In this document: in pieces, positions 57,893-64,000 of the stretch | Position numbering within the stretch: position 1 is the first letter of the stretch | Layout of the letters: every line of letters starts with the position of its first letter | Source: Acidobacteriota bacterium | GTDB taxonomy: Bacteria > Acidobacteriota > UBA6911 > RPQK01 > JAJDTT01 | Assembly (NCBI GenBank): GCA_965263035.1 | Contig: OZ253580.1 | Coordinates: 2,080,001 to 2,144,000, forward strand | DNA: 64,000 nucleotides | Reading direction: 5' to 3' | Notes under the pieces: generated by a model | Seen by the model: the letters and a program-made list of their open reading frames with translations, nothing else | The model's database searches: none | Told to the model about the DNA's origin: nothing | Position numbers and translations under genes: made by a program

Positions 57893-60714
57893 AAAGTCCT
57901 GCTCCTGCGACCCGCCCCGCTCCGGTTCTGCTCGGCCTTGTCCTGGCCACGCTGGGTCTCGGCTCTTCCCTGCCGGGACAACCGGCCAGATTTTCCGAGC
58001 ACCTGATCCTCGACGGCTACACCTATGCCTTCGGCGTGGCTGCCGCGGACCTGGATGGCGACGGCGACGTGGACCTGACCAGCTCCGACGCCTTCGGACA
58101 CGATGCCCTCTACTGGCTGGAGAACGACGGTTCCGGAAACTTTCGGCGGCATTACATCAGTAGAGACGACCCCGAACGCCTGGAGCGCCATGTGGTGGGC
58201 GACGTCGACGGCGATGGCAACCTCGACGTCGTGGCGGTCAAGAACCTCCATGGCAACCTGCTTTGGTTACGAAACGGCGGGACCCCGCAGGACGGACGAC
58301 TGTGGCAACGTCTGGTCATCACCCGGGCCATGCCCTACGCCTACGACGTGGACCTCGCCGATCTGGACGGGGACGGAGATCTGGATGCGGCGGCTTCGGC
58401 CTGGAAGGGGAGCCACTTCTTCTGGTTCGAGAACCGGGGGTGGCCCGGAACCGGAGGCTGGCCGCGGCATCCCATCGAGGACGACCTGCGTGCACGGGAC
58501 AATGGCCCCGCCCAGACCCTGACCATTCGGGCGGCCGATTTCGACGGGGACGGGGACCCGGACCTGCTGGCCACCGTCCACGAGGCGGATCTGGTGGTCT
58601 GGTACGAGAACCTGGGAAGCCGCGGCCGCAGGAAGGTGTCCTGGAAGCGGCACACCGTGGACGCGGCGACGCCCTACCCGGCCCACGGGCAGCCGGTGGA
58701 CCTGGACGGCGACGGCGACCTGGACATTCTCATGGCCCTTGGGATGCACGCGGAGCCCGGCGACGCCAGAACCCATCAGATCGCCTGGTATGAGAACACG
58801 GGGGCACCGGCGGCGGGCGTCTGGCCCAAGCACGTGCTGGCCCAGGGTTTTCAGGACGCCTTCGAGGTTGTGGCCGGTGACCTGGACGGCGACGGCGACC
58901 CCGACGCCGCGGCCACCTCCTGGCGGTCCCCCGGCCGTGTCGCGTGGTTCGAAAACCCGGGCGTCCGAGGCCGGCTCTGGCGGACCCAAGTCCTGAAGGA
59001 GGATTGGCGCAGCGCCAATCAGGTGCTGCTGGCCGACCTGAACGGCGACGGGCGGCTCGACATCGTGGCCGGCGCCGAGCGGGGGAGCCAGGAACTGCGC
59101 TGGTGGCGAAACGAGGGTCCGGAGAATCCGGAATCGGAGGCGGCAGGCGGCGACCGGAAGAGAGAGGACCGGACCCGCCGGAGAGACGGCATCCCCGAGC
59201 CGCCGGCTTCAGGGCCGTTCCGGGATCTGGACGACGCGATCCTGGGGGACGCCGTCATCGTCCAAGGCAAAGAGCTGTTCATCGACGATCACATCATCCA
59301 GGAGCTCAGGGGCGCCCGCAAAGTCCTGAAGCGGGCCGTGAAACACCCCGACAATCCCCTGCTGGTTCCCGACCGGCCCTGGGAGACCCAGAAGCTCAAC
59401 CGCGGCGCGGTCCTCTACGACGAGCCGGAGGGGATCTTCAAGATGTGGTACCCCTACTTCATCAAGGAGGAGAAGACGGCGGACGGCTGGGAGATCGAAG
59501 GCGTGCTGGGCTACGCCACCTCCCGGGACGGGCTGGTCTGGGAAAAACCGATCATCAACACCCGTGACGGGAACAACCTCACCGACGCTCCCGTCCACGC
59601 CAATCCTCCGGCCGTCTTCAAGGATCCGGTGGACCCCGATCCCCGACGCCGCTACAAGATGATGTACGGTGACGTGGACCCCAAGGTCCGAAACGGGTGG
59701 GCCACCTTCGTCGCCTACTCGCCCGACGGCATCCGCTGGACGCCGGAGGCCTTGAATCCGGTCGTTCCCCACAGCGATACCATCTCTTCCACCCATTGGG
59801 ACGCGCGAGCGGGCAACTACGTGACCTACCTCCGCTTCGGGCCGCCCAACATCCGACTCATCGCCAGAACCCAGAGCGAGGACTTCGTCCACTGGTCGCC
59901 GAAGCTCACCGTGATCCGCCGGTCCAAGATGGACGAACCGTCGGCAACCCAACACTACGGAATGAAGATCATGCCCTACGCAGGGGTCTACATCGGATTT
60001 CTGGAGGCCTACCACGGCCAGACCAATGAACCGATCCCGGCGAACAAGTTGTGGATGGACAAGGCCGACACCCAGTTGACCTTCAGCCGCAACGGCCTCA
60101 CCTGGACCCGGGTCGGCCCCCAGGGCGCCATCCCGCATAACCAGCTGGAACAGGGAGGGCGCGACTGGGGGAGGATCGCCCGGGAAGCCACCGTCCTCCC
60201 CTACGGCGAGCATGGGCAGGACTGGGACTGGGGCAGCGTCTACGCGTTTCAACCTCCCCTCGTGATCGGCGACGAGATCTGGATCTACTACCTGGGAAGC
60301 ACCACCCGCCACGGGGGCGTCCGGCACCACGGCGACTCGGAGTCGAGCGGGGTCGGCTTGGCCAGGTTGCGGTTGGACGGTTTCGTCGCCGTCGAGGCCG
60401 CGGACAGGGGAACCCTCACCACCAGGCCCCTCGTCTTCATCGGCGACGAGCTGGAGGTGAACGCCGACGCCGAAGGCGGGACGATCCGGGTGGAAGTCCT
60501 GGGTCCCGACGGAAGGGTCATCGAGGGATTCGGCCGGATGGACTGCAAGCCCCTCACGAGCGACAGCGTCCGGCACGTCCTGGAGTGGAACGGGAATCGG
60601 GACTGCCACCTGATCCAGGGCCGGCCCATCCGATTGCGATTCCACCTCAAGAGGGCGGAACTGTACTCGTTTACGCCCAGGATCCGGCATATTCGGTACC
60701 TGCCGACGCGCTGA
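57889..60714 (+). CDS. FG-GAP repeat domain fused to a beta-propeller hydrolase-like domain
   Basis: N-half is a close paralog of the upstream gene; C-half has ELFIDD, SRDGLVW, LRLDGFV. Confidence 0.85.
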   Translation: MKSPAPATRPAPVLLGLVLATLGLGSSLPGQPARFSEHLILDGYTYAFGVAAADLDGDGDVDLTSSDAFGHDALYWLENDGSGNFRRHYISRDDPERLERHVVGDVDGDGNLDVVAVKNLHGNLLWLRNGGTPQDGRLWQRLVITRAMPYAYDVDLADLDGDGDLDAAASAWKGSHFFWFENRGWPGTGGWPRHPIEDDLRARDNGPAQTLTIRAADFDGDGDPDLLATVHEADLVVWYENLGSRGRRKVSWKRHTVDAATPYPAHGQPVDLDGDGDLDILMALGMHAEPGDARTHQIAWYENTGAPAAGVWPKHVLAQGFQDAFEVVAGDLDGDGDPDAAATSWRSPGRVAWFENPGVRGRLWRTQVLKEDWRSANQVLLADLNGDGRLDIVAGAERGSQELRWWRNEGPENPESEAAGGDRKREDRTRRRDGIPEPPASGPFRDLDDAILGDAVIVQGKELFIDDHIIQELRGARKVLKRAVKHPDNPLLVPDRPWETQKLNRGAVLYDEPEGIFKMWYPYFIKEEKTADGWEIEGVLGYATSRDGLVWEKPIINTRDGNNLTDAPVHANPPAVFKDPVDPDPRRRYKMMYGDVDPKVRNGWATFVAYSPDGIRWTPEALNPVVPHSDTISSTHWDARAGNYVTYLRFGPPNIRLIARTQSEDFVHWSPKLTVIRRSKMDEPSATQHYGMKIMPYAGVYIGFLEAYHGQTNEPIPANKLWMDKADTQLTFSRNGLTWTRVGPQGAIPHNQLEQGGRDWGRIAREATVLPYGEHGQDWDWGSVYAFQPPLVIGDEIWIYYLGSTTRHGGVRHHGDSESSGVGLARLRLDGFVAVEAADRGTLTTRPLVFIGDELEVNADAEGGTIRVEVLGPDGRVIEGFGRMDCKPLTSDSVRHVLEWNGNRDCHLIQGRPIRLRFHLKRAELYSFTPRIRHIRYLPTR

Positions 60715-60765
60715 AATGATCCGCAACTTGAGACGACTTTCGCAAATCGGAGACGGGTAGAGATC

Positions 60766-61563
60766 ATGAATCTGGAAAAAGCGCTAATACACTTGAAGTT
60801 GGACGGATGGTGCGTTCTGCAAGGGATCATTCCTCCGTCCCAGGTCGGAGACATCCGCCGGAGCGTCCGATCGGCGGTCGAGTCCAGTGGGGGCTCGGCC
60901 AGGATTCAGGGCGTGGGCGCCCGGACGGGGCTGCTGGCGTTCGATCAGTCCTTCAGCCCCTATCTCGCCGACCGCCGAATGTTGGATATCGCCGAAGCTC
61001 TTCTGGGGAAGCCGGTTCGGATCTCCTTCACCACGGCCATCATCAACTATCCGGGGAACGAGCGGGGACGCTGGCACGCCGACTGGCCCTTCAATCAGAA
61101 CAGCGCAGGACACATCCCCGCGCCCTACCCGGACATGGTCGCCCACCTGACCACCATCTGGATGTTGTCGTCCTTTTCGTCCGCGACGGGGGGCACTCTG
61201 GTCGTGCCCGGGAGCCACCGGTCCTCCAACAACCCCACCGGTGACAACGGCGTCGATCCCTCGCGCCCGTATCCCACCGAGATACACGCCGCCGGACGGG
61301 CCGGTAGCGTGCTGATCTTCGACAGCCGGCTCTGGCACTCGACGGCTCCCAATCGGAGCGACCGGCCCAGGGTGGGAATGGCGGTCCGCTATGCCCCCTG
61401 GTGGCTCAATCTGGACATCCTGAGGCCGGGCTCGATCGAGCGCATCCAAATGGTGGACGAGCCCGGGCGGGACGAAAACGAACAGGTCCCGGTTCCGGCC
61501 TCGGTCTTCGCCTCTCTGCCGGAGCAGGTCAAGCCGCTCTACCGGCACTGGGTGAGCGACTAG
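60766..61563 (+). CDS. Phytanoyl-CoA dioxygenase (PhyH)-family Fe/2OG enzyme
   Basis: WHAD, VVPGSH, LWH..PNRS..PR. Confidence 0.9.
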   Translation: MNLEKALIHLKLDGWCVLQGIIPPSQVGDIRRSVRSAVESSGGSARIQGVGARTGLLAFDQSFSPYLADRRMLDIAEALLGKPVRISFTTAIINYPGNERGRWHADWPFNQNSAGHIPAPYPDMVAHLTTIWMLSSFSSATGGTLVVPGSHRSSNNPTGDNGVDPSRPYPTEIHAAGRAGSVLIFDSRLWHSTAPNRSDRPRVGMAVRYAPWWLNLDILRPGSIERIQMVDEPGRDENEQVPVPASVFASLPEQVKPLYRHWVSD

Positions 61564-61741
61564 CAGGGGCGCCCCCTTGTGGGCGGCCTCCTTCGTCCTC
61601 TGAGGAAGGATAACTTTCCAGCCGCCCTTCCCCTCCTGCCAAATTGCAGCCTCGGGAGTTCGAGGGCTGGAAAGCCGCCGCTTCCAGGCAGCCTGATCCT
61701 TGACGCCAAGCGTCTGTCATCGGATATGATGCCGGCACCTC

Positions 61742-63373
61742 ATGCGGCGCCTGCCCTGGTTCCTGGTAATCCTGACCGCACTCCTGGCGTGCGCTCCGCC
61801 CGCCGCCGAACGGCCCAACATCGTCTGGATCGTTTCCGAGGATCAGTCGGACCACTACGGACCCTACGGAGAGACTCTGGCCAAGACCCCGAACATCGAC
61901 CGGATGGCAGCGGAGGGAGCCGTGTTCACGCGGGCGTTCGTCACGGCTCCGGTCTGTTCGCCGTCGCGCTCGGCCCTGATCACCGGGATGTACCAGACGA
62001 CGATCGGAGCGCACAACCATCGAAGCGGCCGGGGAGTTGTGAAGATCCTACTTCCCGGCGAGGTGGCGCCCGTCCCCGCGCTTCTGCGCCAAGCGGGCTA
62101 TTTCGTGTCCAACGGCGATTTCAGGGACCCGGGCGAGCCGGTCGAGGGCAAGACCGACTACAACTTCCAGTTCGACCAGGACCTCTACCAGCCCGTGGCA
62201 AAAGTCATCACGGCATTCGACCGTCCCTGCATCCCGGCGGACGGCGTTGCGATTCGGGCACATACTCCCGGTATGCACCCGAATCGCGCCTTGTCCGGCG
62301 GGCGCAGGAACGGTCTCGGTGCTCGCGGGACTTTCACCACGGACTGCTACGACGGCGCCGACTGGGCCGGACGCGCCGGGGGACAGCCGTTCTTCGCCCA
62401 AGTCCAGCTGCGGGGCGGAAAGCGGCGAAACCAGCGGACGCCGGCCCCCCTCGAGGGGGTCCGGACCAACGGCGTCTCCCCCGAGACCGTCGAGTTGCCC
62501 CCCTACTATCCCGACCATCCGGCGCTGCGCACGGACTGGGCCCAATACCTGGAGTCCATCGAGCACGTCGACTGGGAGGTGGGCCGGATCCTGGAGCGCC
62601 TCCAGCGGGAGGACGTTGCCGGGAACACCGTGGTGTTCTTCCTGACGGACCATGGCGTGAGCCATGCCCGCGGCAAGCAGTTCCTCACCGAGGAAGGGAT
62701 CAAGATTCCACTTATCGTGCGGGCTCCGGGCCGGATCGGTCCCGGCACGGTCCGCCGGGACCTGGTCGCCCACATCGACGTGGCGGCTTCCACGCTGGCC
62801 TTCGCCGGCATCCGGATCCCGGCGTGGATGGAAGGACGCCCCCTCTTCGGACCGGACGCCGAGCCCCGCGACTACGTGGTGTCGGCCCGAGACCGCTGCG
62901 ACGAAACGGTCGACCGCATCCGTAGCGTGCGCACCGAGCGCTATAAATACATCCGCAATTTCGTGCCGGAGCGCCCGCACCTGCAGCCGAACCGCTACAA
63001 GGACGGCAAGGCCGTCATCCGGGCGTTGCGGGAGATGGAGGCCGGGGGCTCGCTGTCGCCGGAGGGGGCGGCGATGTTCTTCCAGCCCCGCCCCGAGGAA
63101 GAGCTCTATGATCTCGAGTCGGATCCCCGGGAGCTGCGAAACCTGGCCGGGGAAGAAGAGCATGGGACGACGCTCGCTTCGATGCGGACAACCCTGGCGA
63201 GCTGGATCGAAGAAACCGGGGACCGGGGACAGGTGTTCGAGACCCCCGAGGAATTCGATTCCGACATGGCCGTCTATCTTGGGGGCCGGGCCGGACCTCA
63301 GCAGGAGATCCTGAAACGCAATATCGCCGGCGTGGAGGCGTGGCGGAAAACCCGTACGGACGCCGACCCCTGA
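61742..63373 (+). CDS. Sulfatase with an in-frame 54-aa MITE-derived insertion
   Basis: PNIVWIVSED, CSPSR, GKTDYNF, TDHG, RDRCDE. Confidence 0.92.
   Translation: MRRLPWFLVILTALLACAPPAAERPNIVWIVSEDQSDHYGPYGETLAKTPNIDRMAAEGAVFTRAFVTAPVCSPSRSALITGMYQTTIGAHNHRSGRGVVKILLPGEVAPVPALLRQAGYFVSNGDFRDPGEPVEGKTDYNFQFDQDLYQPVAKVITAFDRPCIPADGVAIRAHTPGMHPNRALSGGRRNGLGARGTFTTDCYDGADWAGRAGGQPFFAQVQLRGGKRRNQRTPAPLEGVRTNGVSPETVELPPYYPDHPALRTDWAQYLESIEHVDWEVGRILERLQREDVAGNTVVFFLTDHGVSHARGKQFLTEEGIKIPLIVRAPGRIGPGTVRRDLVAHIDVAASTLAFAGIRIPAWMEGRPLFGPDAEPRDYVVSARDRCDETVDRIRSVRTERYKYIRNFVPERPHLQPNRYKDGKAVIRALREMEAGGSLSPEGAAMFFQPRPEEELYDLESDPRELRNLAGEEEHGTTLASMRTTLASWIEETGDRGQVFETPEEFDSDMAVYLGGRAGPQQEILKRNIAGVEAWRKTRTDADP
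62189..62346. mobile_element. 158-bp MITE within the sulfatase CDS
   Basis: Same ends and length as the 52843 copy; CTAC duplication. Confidence 0.9.
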
Positions 63374-63520
63374 CCGCAGGGCAAACCGTTCGGACCCCGG
63401 CTCCGCATTCCTCACCGGGGCGCCATGCAAGCTGAAGAAAAATAGTATCCTCAGTCCCTTACGGATGATTAGCCGAAGCGCTTCAAACCTGCTCCCCGCC
63501 CAGGGAGGCGGGTCAGAGGA

Positions 63521-64000
63521 ATGAAGGGTCCGCGCCACCTTCCGCTGTGGTTGGTGCCGGCGGCGACCCTGTCCCTGGCTCAAGCCCGAGGCGGCGCCCA
63601 AGCCGCGGCCGCAACGGCGGCGTACGCCGAGAGCAGCGGACTCCACTGGATCGACGGAGTCATCATCGCCGCCTATGCCTTGGGCATGATCGCCCTGGGC
63701 TGGTACTACCGGAAACGCCAGAAGAACCTGGACGAGTACTTCGTGGGCAACCGGACCATGAACCCGGGGCTCATCGGAGTCTCCATGTTCGTGACCCTGT
63801 TCAGCACCATCTCCTTCCTGGCGACTCCCGGCGAAGTCTACGGAAAGGGGCCCGTCATCCTGACCTCGTCCCTCTCGATCCCCTTCTACTACCTCATCGT
63901 CGGCTATCTGATCGTCCCGGCCTACATGCGCTTTCGGGTGATCAGCGCTTATGAACTGCTGGAACAGAAAAGGGGCTTGAGCGTTCGCATGCTGGGAGCC
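63521..64000 (+). CDS. Sodium:solute symporter (SSS), runs off the window end
   Basis: Manual translation: LHWIDGVIIAAY..DEYFVGNR..STISFLATPGE. Confidence 0.88.
   Translation, partial: MKGPRHLPLWLVPAATLSLAQARGGAQAAAATAAYAESSGLHWIDGVIIAAYALGMIALGWYYRKRQKNLDEYFVGNRTMNPGLIGVSMFVTLFSTISFLATPGEVYGKGPVILTSSLSIPFYYLIVGYLIVPAYMRFRVISAYELLEQKRGLSVRMLGA

Overview
The GC-rich window falls into three parts; gene content resembles host- or sponge-associated Acidobacteriota (inference). (1) 1-21849 is a defence/mobile island abutting the 3' end of tRNA-Leu(TAA). It holds type I R-M hsdS, an ImmA/IrrE + DUF4411 pair, an OLD nuclease, an Abi protein, an RloC-like ATPase-HEPN, a stand-alone tyrosine recombinase and several IS elements or remnants. 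(2) 21971-40217 is an ~18.2 kb integrative element bounded by a 12-bp direct repeat (CCCTATAATGGC), with a P4-type integrase and AlpA. It carries a complete type I-E CRISPR-Cas system (16 repeats), a surface-protein gene and a LuxR regulator. (3) 40200-64000 is a catabolic region (sulfatases, beta-propeller hydrolases, FG-GAP proteins, dehydratase, transporter) with TA modules. The most notable observations are: a family of 11-6/7-11 palindromic recombinase-type sites at the recombinase start, a gene stop codon and both ends of the CRISPR-cas module (possible integron-like cassette system); two CRISPR-repeat-derived units outside the array, one upstream of the RloC-like toxin and one between cas3 and cas8e; and a 158-bp MITE inserted in frame in a sulfatase, with its cognate IS remnant in the same window.
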